Of a DNA stretch of 31,988 bases, positions 22,603-31,816 are shown in pieces. Every line of letters starts with the position of its first letter. The first letter of the stretch is position 1. The notes beneath the pieces are model-generated. The model searched no databases. It was not told the DNA's origin and worked only from the letters and a program-made list of their open reading frames with translations. Origin of the DNA: a virus. Taxonomy: Duplodnaviria > Caudoviricetes. The position numbers were made by a program, and so were the translations under genes. The stretch covers positions 1 through 31,988 of the IMG/VR virus record IMGVR_UViG_3300017914_000745. The stretch is one strand, 5' to 3'.

Positions 22603-24303
22603 ATGAATTTAACAGTAGAACAAATAATGGATTATCAAACAATCCTTAAAGGTAGAGGTTTTTACACAGGTGCAATAGATGGAATTATTGGTCCTGCAAC
22701 TAGAGCAGCAGCACAAGCTATGCTAGACAGTGATGAACCACAAGATATAGATGCTACAAGAGGTCCTGGTTCAAAACCATTAGCACAAGCATTAGATGCT
22801 ATAACACAAACAACAGGTTTAGTTTATGGTACTGATATAAATTCTGGGCAAGAAGAACCAGAACAAGAAACAGAAGATACAACAATGTATTGGGGTAGAT
22901 ATGATAGTGGCTCATGGTTTACATCAACACTTGATGGTAAGCCAGAAGGTTCTAAATGGGCATGGGAGTTACCAGAGTTTGAAGGCACATCACAAGAAGA
23001 TTACACATCTGATAATACATTAGAAGAAGTATTAGATAAGGTTACAGATCCTGCTGTTAAGCCACCACCAGAAGATAATGGAGGTAGTGGTAATGGTTCT
23101 GATAATGGTAGTGGTTCAGATAGTGTTTCTACAGGTTATCAAAATTCACAACTTTGGGAATTTGATGGTGCTACATATGTAGTATTTTCTGTTCCAGATA
23201 CAGATTTATTTATTAGGTATTTAGCTGATGAAGAAATATTAGATTTATATTATTCTTCTGGCAGAGTAAAACCAGATGTAGTATCTAAATCTGCTGATGA
23301 TGAAGATTGGATTAACTCTAGTTATTTTGGTGAACTAGCTGAAGTAGATGAAGATATATTATTAAATGATAAAGATCCATTTACAGGATTAGCAGATAAG
23401 TTTGATGTCGCTAAAAAATACAGACCATGGTTAGATGATGATGAGTTGTATAACATATGGCTAGAAGCATTTATAGAAGATAGAGATATATTAGATGAAG
23501 AGTGGAAAACAACAGAGTGGTGGCGTACACACACACAAGAAGAAAGAGATTGGCTATTACTTTCACAAGGTAAAGATTTAAGTACACTACCAGCAGATGC
23601 AACAGCATATCTAAATAACAACATAATTAAATTTAGAGATATGTTTAAAAAAGCAGGTGTTACAAACATAGAAGATATTGTAAATACAGATGGTGAATCA
23701 TTTTTAGATTGGTTTTCATTTAACTTTACATCAGGTGTATGGACAGAAGTATATGCACTAGATCAGCTAAAAGCTATTGCTGATCCTAGCACAGGCATAG
23801 AACAAGATGAGTCAATAAGCACTTGGATGGAAGGTAAAGCACAAGGTGTTGATGTATCTACAACTAAACAATTTGAAGCACAAGTAGAAAACTTAGCTAA
23901 CGAATGGTTAGGACCACTGTATGGTGTGTTGACTGATGAACAAAAATCAGATTATGCAGCTTTAATTCGTAATGCAGAGTCAGAAGAAATAGGTGCAAGT
24001 AATGTAATAAATAAATTAAAAGGTATTAGAGGAACATTGTTTGGTGATTATGATCCAAATTTAACATACAATGAAATAGCTACACCATGGAGGAATTATA
24101 GTTTTCAATTACTAGGACAAAGAATGGATGAAACAGATTCTACATTTGTAGATGTTATAAAGGCTAATGACCAAAAAACTGCAACAACCATGTTAACTGA
24201 ATGGGGTATAAATAATAATGCACCTACATTATTAGACAAAGTATCAGATGAAATAGGACAAGCACTAGGTGCTGGTCAAGTTGTAAGAGGAGTAGCTACA
24301 TAA
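22603..24303 (+). CDS. Putative virion protein with N-terminal peptidoglycan-binding domain (566 aa)
   Basis: QTILKGRGFYTGAIDGIIGPATRAA matches the PG_binding_1 signature (QxxLxxxGy...DGxxGxxTxxA). Confidence 0.75.
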   Translation: MNLTVEQIMDYQTILKGRGFYTGAIDGIIGPATRAAAQAMLDSDEPQDIDATRGPGSKPLAQALDAITQTTGLVYGTDINSGQEEPEQETEDTTMYWGRYDSGSWFTSTLDGKPEGSKWAWELPEFEGTSQEDYTSDNTLEEVLDKVTDPAVKPPPEDNGGSGNGSDNGSGSDSVSTGYQNSQLWEFDGATYVVFSVPDTDLFIRYLADEEILDLYYSSGRVKPDVVSKSADDEDWINSSYFGELAEVDEDILLNDKDPFTGLADKFDVAKKYRPWLDDDELYNIWLEAFIEDRDILDEEWKTTEWWRTHTQEERDWLLLSQGKDLSTLPADATAYLNNNIIKFRDMFKKAGVTNIEDIVNTDGESFLDWFSFNFTSGVWTEVYALDQLKAIADPSTGIEQDESISTWMEGKAQGVDVSTTKQFEAQVENLANEWLGPLYGVLTDEQKSDYAALIRNAESEEIGASNVINKLKGIRGTLFGDYDPNLTYNEIATPWRNYSFQLLGQRMDETDSTFVDVIKANDQKTATTMLTEWGINNNAPTLLDKVSDEIGQALGAGQVVRGVAT

Positions 24304-25178
24304 TGGCATTAACACAAGCAGGATTAAACAATTTAAAAAATTTAATACAAACAAAATATGGTTTTAATTTACCAGATAATTTATTAGCTACAGTATCTCG
24401 TGAATATGTAGCTAGTGGTAATGATATTGCAGAAGCTATAACTCAAATGAGAAAAAGTCCAGAGTATGCAGAGACTTTTGCAGGTAACTTAAATCCAGAT
24501 GGTGTAACTGTAAAGTATTCAGAGTCAGAATATCTTAACATTGTAGATGCATACAAAAGAAAAATAGAATCGTTAGGTGTAAATTCAGATTTAATTATGA
24601 CAAGTGAAAGGCAACAAAAGCTAATAGAAAATGTTGTATCTCCAGATGAGTTTGGAACTAGGTTATCAGCTTTGTATAACCAAGTTGTTACATCTATACC
24701 ACAAGTAAAAGAATTTTATAAAACAAATTTTGATAGAGACTTAACTGATGTAGAGATACTAGCATCTGCTATTGATCCTAAAGTAGGACAAGATATTATT
24801 AGTGGTGCAATTGGTGCAAGAGATGTACTAGCACAAAGAATAGTTAGAGCAGAAATAGGTGGTCAAGCACTAAAAGCTGGGTTTGAAATATCACAGGAAC
24901 AAGCTGATGCATTAAGACAAATGGGTATATCTGGTCAACAAGCAGGTAAAGCATTTCAACAAGCAAGTCAAATAGCATCAGTTGCAGCTAGACAAGGTAG
25001 ACAATTAGGACAAACAGAAGCTGAAGCAGCAATAGAAATAGTTGAAGGATTATCTGGACAAGAAGCTGAACAAAGAAGATTAGAAAAAATATTAGCACAA
25101 CAACAAGCTCAATCATCAGCACAGTTAGGTGCAGTAACAACACGAGCAGGTGCAGTTACTGGTTTAACTGAACAATAA
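24303..25178 (+). CDS. Helical A/Q-rich putative internal virion protein (291 aa)
   Basis: TAATG coupling. Composition and position at the end of the ejection block. Confidence 0.7.
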   Translation: MALTQAGLNNLKNLIQTKYGFNLPDNLLATVSREYVASGNDIAEAITQMRKSPEYAETFAGNLNPDGVTVKYSESEYLNIVDAYKRKIESLGVNSDLIMTSERQQKLIENVVSPDEFGTRLSALYNQVVTSIPQVKEFYKTNFDRDLTDVEILASAIDPKVGQDIISGAIGARDVLAQRIVRAEIGGQALKAGFEISQEQADALRQMGISGQQAGKAFQQASQIASVAARQGRQLGQTEAEAAIEIVEGLSGQEAEQRRLEKILAQQQAQSSAQLGAVTTRAGAVTGLTEQ

Positions 25179-25179
25179 C

Positions 25180-25206
25180 TTGCAATCTTGCTTGATGTGA
25201 TATAAT
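25180..25206 (+). promoter_or_regulatory. Promoter of the scaffold-capsid operon, TTGCAA-N15-TATAAT with extended -10 (TGa)
   Basis: Perfect TGnTATAAT at 25198-25206 in the only large intergenic gap of the late region. Confidence 0.75.
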
Positions 25207-25212
25207 AATTGT

Positions 25213-25342
25213 GACCCTATAGATAGGTCTGGGGGTTAAACTTGACCTTCATTTTGTAATCGGTCTTGATGCCTACTGACAAGACCTGTCAAATAAAAAC
25301 AGTAGTGTAAGACTAAAAATCAGTGGTTACTTATACACCACT
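25213..25342 (+). promoter_or_regulatory. Structured 5' leader with H-type pseudoknot upstream of the scaffold gene
   Basis: P1 GGTCTTG/CAAGACC (25262-68/25280-86) and P2 CTACTG/CAGTAG (25273-78/25300-05), plus flanking hairpins. Confidence 0.6.
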
Positions 25343-25363
25343 TGTAAAAATATCGTATAAAGA

Positions 25364-25819
25364 ATGGACAATAGAATAATGACAGAAGAACTAAACAATC
25401 CTAGCACTGAAAGCGATAGGAACTGGAAAGAGATGAGAGAAAAAATCAATCTCTACGAAGCAAAAATCGCAGAATACGAAGGTAAAGAAAGACAAGAAGT
25501 TTTTAAACAAGCAGGTCTTGACACTACTAAAGGTGTAGGAAAAGCAGTTGAGATGATGTACGAAGGTGATTTAACTGTAGAAGGAATCCAACAATACGCA
25601 TCAGAAGAATTTAAAGTTGAGTTTGGGAATCAAGACAGATTACAAGATAATGTAGAAGAAAGTCAAGAAAGACTAAACAACATACAGAAAAATTCTGTTG
25701 TAGATCTTTACAACACAGATGTAGTATCACAGGTTAAAGATATAGAAAAATCTGGAAATGTACGAAACTCAATAGCTGCAAAGCTCTCTGTTATAGAAGA
25801 AGCAAAAAAGAACAGCTAA
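25364..25819 (+). CDS. Capsid scaffolding protein (start may be ATG 25379)
   Basis: Acidic coiled-coil protein directly upstream of the major capsid gene. Confidence 0.75.
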   Translation: MDNRIMTEELNNPSTESDRNWKEMREKINLYEAKIAEYEGKERQEVFKQAGLDTTKGVGKAVEMMYEGDLTVEGIQQYASEEFKVEFGNQDRLQDNVEESQERLNNIQKNSVVDLYNTDVVSQVKDIEKSGNVRNSIAAKLSVIEEAKKNS

Positions 25820-25841
25820 GTAGTATCTTTTACTTCTTCTA
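25794..25841 (+). promoter_or_regulatory. Hairpin spanning the scaffold stop codon (TAGAAGAAG-c-AAAA...TTTT-a-CTTCTTCTA); possible processing or stability element for capsid mRNA
   Basis: Inverted repeat seen directly. Function is inferred. Confidence 0.35.
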
Positions 25842-25879
25842 AAAAACAATTAAAACAATTTATATAGGAGAAGATTAAA

Positions 25880-27004
25880 ATGGCAGACATATCGTTAACT
25901 AATAATACGATTTATGCACAAAACATTAACAACTTTACTGGTGAATTGTTTAAAGTTGGTGGTCAAAGAACACCTTTATTGTCATCAGTTGGTGGTTTGA
26001 ATGGTGGTAAAGTATTAAACTCTACATATTGGCAAGTCCAAGTAGAAGATAATGCAATCATTAATTCAGAACCAACTAAAGGACAAGAAGGTTCAACACC
26101 TACAGAATATCTTGGAAGAGATAGAGCTGCATTTACATATGTAACACAGATCTTCCATAAAGGTGTACAAATGACCTACACAGCTTTAGCATCCACAGGT
26201 AACCAAAATCCTTTTGATTTATCAGCTAATATTGCTAACTCATCTGATGGAGATGGAACAACAACAGCAGGAGATAAATTAGGATTATTTGGTGGTAACC
26301 CAGTAAATGATGAATTTGCATTACAGCTTGAAAAAGCATTAGAAAAAGTAGCAAGAGAAGTAGAATGGTTCGCATTCAATGGTTCTTTCTCTGATGGTGC
26401 TAACACCACACCAGGTGATGGTACAAGAGAAATGTATGGTATTGACACATGGGTTTCTATTAACAAGAACGCAAACAATACTACTGCTGCTTCAGCTAAT
26501 CCATTAGGTGGTAATGTTTATTACAACGACACCCTTGGTACTGGTCTAGGAGATGCACAAGTGCTTTCCTTTGATGCAATCGCAGGTGCTATGAAGAGAT
26601 TATATGATGCTCATGCACCACTAAAGCAACCAGTTCTTTGTGTATCACCTAAACAACTACTAGACCTAAATACTGAATTACTTACAGGTAATGTTGGTAT
26701 TACAGGTGCAATTATTCCTAGAGATAGAAATGTTGCAGGTATTGATATTGATACAGTAGTAACTCCATTCGGTTCAATCGGAATGATGGTTATTGACCCA
26801 GATATCATGCCTACAGGTAGTGCGTTTATTCTTGACTTAGCTTACATTCAACCAGTATTTACCAACATCCCAGGATTTGGTACTGTGTTCGTAAGAGACT
26901 TAGATCAAGATGCAAATGCAAGAATTGGAAAAGCAGTATATATGGAGATGGGATTTGAATTTGGTCCTCCTTCATATCATTGTAAAATTCAAGCAGTAGC
27001 CTAA
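25880..27004 (+). CDS. Major capsid protein (SU10/DUF5309-like, HK97 fold)
   Basis: Strong SD TAGGAG, 374 aa. Motifs TPLLS, TQIFxKxVxxT, QxxKxxxxxxRxxExxxxNG, RxMxGI and TPFG. Codon use looks like a highly expressed gene. Confidence 0.88.
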   Translation: MADISLTNNTIYAQNINNFTGELFKVGGQRTPLLSSVGGLNGGKVLNSTYWQVQVEDNAIINSEPTKGQEGSTPTEYLGRDRAAFTYVTQIFHKGVQMTYTALASTGNQNPFDLSANIANSSDGDGTTTAGDKLGLFGGNPVNDEFALQLEKALEKVAREVEWFAFNGSFSDGANTTPGDGTREMYGIDTWVSINKNANNTTAASANPLGGNVYYNDTLGTGLGDAQVLSFDAIAGAMKRLYDAHAPLKQPVLCVSPKQLLDLNTELLTGNVGITGAIIPRDRNVAGIDIDTVVTPFGSIGMMVIDPDIMPTGSAFILDLAYIQPVFTNIPGFGTVFVRDLDQDANARIGKAVYMEMGFEFGPPSYHCKIQAVA

Positions 27005-27024
27005 GCTACAATATTTGACTTTAT

Positions 27025-27050
27025 GGAGTGGAATCCACCACTTCCACTCC
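27025..27050 (+). terminator. Hairpin GGAGTGGAA-N8-TTCCACTCC after the capsid gene (no U-tract)
   Basis: 9-bp perfect stem 20 nt after the stop codon. Confidence 0.6.
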
Positions 27051-27073
27051 TAAAGTCTGCTATCATAATTAAA

Positions 27074-28087
27074 ATGAGTACAACTATCGGAAACCTTGTT
27101 GACAGGATTTACAGAGAATATTTAGAACCAAATGATGATATACAATCTTTTACTGTATTAACAGGTGATCTTACAGCTAGTGCATCAGATCAAACAGTTT
27201 CATACAATGCTGATTATATAACAACAGAAGAAGAAGATTCATTAGGTACTGGTTCATTTATTGAAATAAATCAAGAACTAATGTTAGTAACTTCTTTAAA
27301 TACAGCAGCATCAACTTTAACAGTTAAAAGAGCAGCAAGAGGAACTACTTTAGCTGCACATTCTACTGATGATGAAGTAAAAATTAATCCTCCATTTCCA
27401 AGAAAAGTAGTATTTGATGCAGTCGTTGACCAAATAAACAATTTGTTTCCAACATTGTTTGCAGTAGAAACTGTAGATGTTACATCATCAGATGGATATA
27501 CATTACTAGGTACATATGATAGTCCTGGCACACACAATTATTTAATATCAGTTTTAAAAGCTATATCACAGTACACAGATTTTTCTGCTGGTTCAGATCA
27601 GACAGGTATTATATTTCAACCAGTATCTGTAGAACTTATTGAGTTACCTAACCCATTTACTTATACAGATGATACTGGTACTGAACGAACAATTACATAT
27701 ACTTCTGGTCCTAATTCAGTTAAAGCATTACAGTTTTACTCTATACAACAAGGTCACACTGTATATGTAACTTTTAAAAAAAAGTTTGTAGAGCCAACTG
27801 ATGAATCAACAACATTAACAACAGTAGGTTTAGAAGATGAGTATGAGTCTATTATCATGGCAGGTGTTGCAGCACAGATGATGTCTGGTAGAGATATACC
27901 AGCAGCTACACAAAGCTACATAACAGAGTCATTACAAGCACAAGCATTTCCTGTAGGTTCTGGTACTAGCATAAGAAATTCGTTGTTACAATACCAACAA
28001 ATATTAATTACACAAGCAAGAAAATATTTAAGAGCTAAATATCCAGAAGCTGTAGAAATAAATGGTGTTAATCTAGGTGTTCAGTAA
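27074..28087 (+). CDS. Head-tail adaptor / tail tubular protein A-like; start revised from 27023 to 27074 (probably leaderless)
   Basis: Position after capsid. ATG 27023 runs into the hairpin, while extended -10 TGcTATCAT lies 7 nt before ATG 27074. Confidence 0.65.
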   Translation: MSTTIGNLVDRIYREYLEPNDDIQSFTVLTGDLTASASDQTVSYNADYITTEEEDSLGTGSFIEINQELMLVTSLNTAASTLTVKRAARGTTLAAHSTDDEVKINPPFPRKVVFDAVVDQINNLFPTLFAVETVDVTSSDGYTLLGTYDSPGTHNYLISVLKAISQYTDFSAGSDQTGIIFQPVSVELIELPNPFTYTDDTGTERTITYTSGPNSVKALQFYSIQQGHTVYVTFKKKFVEPTDESTTLTTVGLEDEYESIIMAGVAAQMMSGRDIPAATQSYITESLQAQAFPVGSGTSIRNSLLQYQQILITQARKYLRAKYPEAVEINGVNLGVQ

Positions 28088-30099
28088 TGCCTAGAGTACC
28101 TACCACCGCAGATGTAACTAATCCACACAGAAAAGGTTACGATTTTAGATTAGATAATTTGTTGTTTAGATCAGCAGTTAGTCCAGATAGACAATTAGTA
28201 ATACGAACTGCGGAATTTCCTGCACAACAAATAGACTTACAACAAAACCCAGAGGACATTACTACAAACATAGGTCAGATATTTTCACGAAATGATTTTA
28301 GCGGTGGACAAGGGTTAGATTATGCACACAAAAGAAATCAAGCAGAAAAAGATGTTAGTAGATTTTTTGATAGCAAAGGTGTAGATGTATTTCATGGTGA
28401 TGATGAGACATCATATAATGTGCATTTATTACACACCACACAAGATGAAAATGTTTTAGGTGCAGATACTACATTTGCAGGTTCTAATAATTATTTAGCA
28501 CAAACAACTAATGGTGACTTGTATGTTACAGATCAAAAGAAAGTATATAAATCTACAGATTCTGGAGATACCTGGGCAGAAGTAGCAGATGCAAGTTATA
28601 CATCTTTAACTATAGATTATAACTTTACTGGTGCTGCCGCAGTAGGTGACCAAGTTTATTTTACTACTGCTAATGGAACAACAGCATCAGAACTTATACA
28701 GTTTAATGGTTCTACTTGGTCAGAAAATAGTACAGACCAATCATCTAATGCAGGACTAACAGGTTGTTGGTTTGCTAAAGGTCAGTTGTTTATATCAGGA
28801 GATGATGGAACTGTAGAATACTTATGGGCAGTAAGTCCATTTAATAAAACTTGGTCAGCATCAGACTTAGCAGAAGCAGATGCAATACTTTCATTTGAAG
28901 ATAGTCATCATGTGTCACAAGTTGTAGATGCAGGTGCAGTTGTTTTAGCTGCCTCTACAAATGGTGATATATATTCTATTAAGGATGTATCAGGAACTAT
29001 GACATTGTTTGGTCAAACAAATATACCATTTGAAGAAGTGCATTGTATTGCAGCAACAGAGGGTATTGTATTTTTTGGTACAAAAGAAAAATCAAGAGAT
29101 GTTGGTAGATTTTACAGGGCAGAGTTAGTAACAGCAGATAACTTATATGTATTAGCTAACAGACAGTTAGTAAAAGAATGGGTTATATACGATACAGATG
29201 GAGTGACTTTAATAGATACTACACCTAAACACATGTTTGTATCAAGAGATAGTATTTACTGTGGCATAAAAGAAAGTGGTAGTGAAAGTTATCTATGGAG
29301 ATATTACTTACCTACCGCAGGATTTGCTAGAGATTTAGAAATGGGAGCATCAGGACATGTAACAGGTATAACAAATGCTAATGGTAAATTTGTAGTTGTA
29401 GTTGCAGGTGCAGATATATATAGAGAAACTTCATTGTATGAATCAGAGGGATATGTGATATTACCTAATGTAGATTTTTTTACATCAGAAGTGAAACAGT
29501 GGGTTGGAACAACGCTAGAACATGATGAGATTACTGACAGTAGAAGAGTCCAGTGTTTTATTTCTACAAGAGAAGGAACTATAGACAATCCTAGCAGTAG
29601 CAATTGGGAGTTGACTAATGACAGCTCAACAGGATTTGGTGGTGAGGAGTTTCAAATAAACAGAAACGCAAGATATATAAACTTAAAAGTTGTATTACAA
29701 AGTAATGTAGATTTTACTGGCACACCTACATTTAGATCTGTGTCAGTCAGAGCATTACCTAGACCACAATTAATAGTTGTAGATATACCAGTAAATATAT
29801 CAGACCAAGTAGAGAGACCTAATAGAAAAAGAATAAGAGTAAAGAATTTAGGTGAAGCTGTGTATCAAGAGCTTAAACAAAAAGAAGGTGATTCTGTTAC
29901 ATTAGAGTTGTATGATCCGCAAGAAACAATAAGAGGAGTTGTGGAAAGTGTTGCATATCCTGTAATAAATAATGCTAATATAGGTTCTGTAACACAATAC
30001 TGTACAATAAGAGTACGAGGTGTAAGAGCTGCTGATGTTAGTTCAGAATTTACAAATACATTAGGAATTGGAACATTAGGAGTAGTAAGATTAGGATAG
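28087..30099 (+). CDS. Tail nozzle / tubular protein B-like beta-propeller protein
   Basis: 670 aa, beta-rich, Asp-box KSTDSGDTW, located between adaptor and fibre. Confidence 0.7.
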   Translation: MPRVPTTADVTNPHRKGYDFRLDNLLFRSAVSPDRQLVIRTAEFPAQQIDLQQNPEDITTNIGQIFSRNDFSGGQGLDYAHKRNQAEKDVSRFFDSKGVDVFHGDDETSYNVHLLHTTQDENVLGADTTFAGSNNYLAQTTNGDLYVTDQKKVYKSTDSGDTWAEVADASYTSLTIDYNFTGAAAVGDQVYFTTANGTTASELIQFNGSTWSENSTDQSSNAGLTGCWFAKGQLFISGDDGTVEYLWAVSPFNKTWSASDLAEADAILSFEDSHHVSQVVDAGAVVLAASTNGDIYSIKDVSGTMTLFGQTNIPFEEVHCIAATEGIVFFGTKEKSRDVGRFYRAELVTADNLYVLANRQLVKEWVIYDTDGVTLIDTTPKHMFVSRDSIYCGIKESGSESYLWRYYLPTAGFARDLEMGASGHVTGITNANGKFVVVVAGADIYRETSLYESEGYVILPNVDFFTSEVKQWVGTTLEHDEITDSRRVQCFISTREGTIDNPSSSNWELTNDSSTGFGGEEFQINRNARYINLKVVLQSNVDFTGTPTFRSVSVRALPRPQLIVVDIPVNISDQVERPNRKRIRVKNLGEAVYQELKQKEGDSVTLELYDPQETIRGVVESVAYPVINNANIGSVTQYCTIRVRGVRAADVSSEFTNTLGIGTLGVVRLG

Positions 30100-30100
30100 A

Positions 30101-31816
30101 ATGACAGCACAAGAAAGTAAATTAAGTAACGCATACGAAAGTACAATAACAACTGCATTAACAGCAGATGCTAGTGGTACTACAATATCAGTAGACACAG
30201 CACCAACTGATAGTTCTAATACAGCTATTACTGGTTCAGTAGTTATGTATTTAGTTTTAGATCCTGATAGTGATAGTTCAAGAGAATATGTAAAAGTTAC
30301 AAACATATCTGGTACAACATTAACAGTTACAAGAAACATTGACACTGGTGGCGGTGGTTTGAGAACTCATGCTGCTGGTTCAAAGATTAGACAAGTACCA
30401 CAAGCACAACACTTTGATGATATACACGACAGAATTGACACAATAATTAATGAAGATGGTACAGCAGTAGTAACAACAGGTGTAGTAAAAGATGAAGATG
30501 ATATGACATCTGACAGTGCTACACACCTTGCTACACAGCAATCGATTAAAGCCTATGTAGATAGTCAAGTTACAGCACAAGATTTAGATTTTCAAGGAGA
30601 TAGTGGTGGTGCTTTATCAATAGATTTAGATAGTGAAACACTTACTATTGCAGGTGGTACTGGTATTGACACTACTGGTTCTGGTAATCAAGTATCAGTA
30701 GATATAGATAGCACAGTTACAACTAATTCAGGTACACAAACTTTAACCAATAAAACATTAACAAGTCCTGTATTAGACACAGGTGTAAGTGGTACTGCTA
30801 TAAAAGATGAAGATGATATGTCATCTGATAGTTCTACTCACTTAGCAACACAGCAATCAATTAAAGCGTATGTTGATGCACAAGTTGCTACAGAAGATAC
30901 TATTGCAGAATTAAACGATACAAATGTAGTATCTCCAGCAGCAGGTCATGTTTTAATTTATGATGCAACATCTGGTTTGTGGGATAACAACACACTTACA
31001 GCAGGAACAAATGTAACTATTACAAATGCAGATGGTTCTATAACTATTGCATCTACAGATACAAACACACAACTTTCACAAGAACAGGTAGAAGATTATG
31101 TAGCTGGATTGATCACAGCAGGAAGTAATGTAAGCGTTACTTATGATGATACAGCAGGAACTCTTACAATAGCTTCTACAGATACACAATTAACACAAGA
31201 ACAAGTAGAAGATTATGTTGCAGGTGTCGTTACAGCAGGTTCTAATATTTCTGTAACCTATGATGACACTGCTGGTACATTGACTATTGCAGCTACAGAT
31301 ACGCAACTTACACAAGAACAAGTTGAGGATTATGTAGCTGGTGTAGTAACTGCTGGTTCTGGTATATCAGTAACTTATGATGATGCTGCTGGTACTTTAA
31401 CTATTGCTAATACAGCATCCACAAGTACAGAAGAAGTACAAGATATTGTTGCTGGTCAGCTTGTAACTAATGGTACACACACAGGAATTAGTTTTACTTA
31501 TGATGATGCAGGAGATGGTGCTATTGATGCTACTGTTTCTGTATCTTCTGATGAGATATTAGATGCAGATGGCGATACCAAGATACAGGTAGAAGAGTCT
31601 GCTGATGAAGATAAAATTAGATATGATATTGCTGGTACAGAAGTTGCTGTACAAGATGCAGGTGGTATTGCACTTACAACTAATGGTGGTATCTTTAGAC
31701 ATCATCAGACACAAGCTGCAACATATACTGTAGCTGCTAATGAAGGAACTTTACTTGCTGGACCAATAACGATCACAGGTACAGTAACAAATAATGGTAC
31801 AATGGTAGTCATCTAA
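30101..31816 (+). CDS. Tail fibre protein with internal repeats
   Basis: T/S/G/D/A-rich. TQTLTNKTLTSP and ATQQSIKAYVD fibre motifs, plus 39-aa tandem repeats. Confidence 0.85.
   Translation: MTAQESKLSNAYESTITTALTADASGTTISVDTAPTDSSNTAITGSVVMYLVLDPDSDSSREYVKVTNISGTTLTVTRNIDTGGGGLRTHAAGSKIRQVPQAQHFDDIHDRIDTIINEDGTAVVTTGVVKDEDDMTSDSATHLATQQSIKAYVDSQVTAQDLDFQGDSGGALSIDLDSETLTIAGGTGIDTTGSGNQVSVDIDSTVTTNSGTQTLTNKTLTSPVLDTGVSGTAIKDEDDMSSDSSTHLATQQSIKAYVDAQVATEDTIAELNDTNVVSPAAGHVLIYDATSGLWDNNTLTAGTNVTITNADGSITIASTDTNTQLSQEQVEDYVAGLITAGSNVSVTYDDTAGTLTIASTDTQLTQEQVEDYVAGVVTAGSNISVTYDDTAGTLTIAATDTQLTQEQVEDYVAGVVTAGSGISVTYDDAAGTLTIANTASTSTEEVQDIVAGQLVTNGTHTGISFTYDDAGDGAIDATVSVSSDEILDADGDTKIQVEESADEDKIRYDIAGTEVAVQDAGGIALTTNGGIFRHHQTQAATYTVAANEGTLLAGPITITGTVTNNGTMVVI
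30488..30886 (+). repeat. Two copies of the 28-aa repeat KDEDDMxSDSxTHLATQQSIKAYVDxQV, 315 bp apart
   Basis: Copies start at 30488 and 30803. Confidence 0.9.
31079..31540 (+). repeat. 117-bp (39-aa) tandem repeat QEQVEDYVAG..TAGS..SVTYDD.AGTLTIA, three close copies and one diverged copy
   Basis: Copies start at 31079, 31196, 31313 and 31427 (diverged). Confidence 0.9.

Noticed and set aside
25262-25320. SAM-II/SAM-V, preQ1-I riboswitch or HDV-like ribozyme call for the pseudoknot
   Set aside because: Topology is similar but the conserved ligand-binding nucleotides are not matched, and the 11-nt loop is too short for an HDV nested double pseudoknot.
27023-27073. N-terminal extension MEWNPPLPLLKSAIIIK of the adaptor ORF
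   Set aside because: It is the translation of the post-capsid hairpin and promoter. ATG 27074 is the better start.
4483-30580. Numerous 60-160 aa minus-strand ORFs and the off-frame 5079..5288 ORF in the late region
   Set aside because: All are nested within or overlapping long plus-strand genes, with no recognisable motifs. Expected from codon bias.
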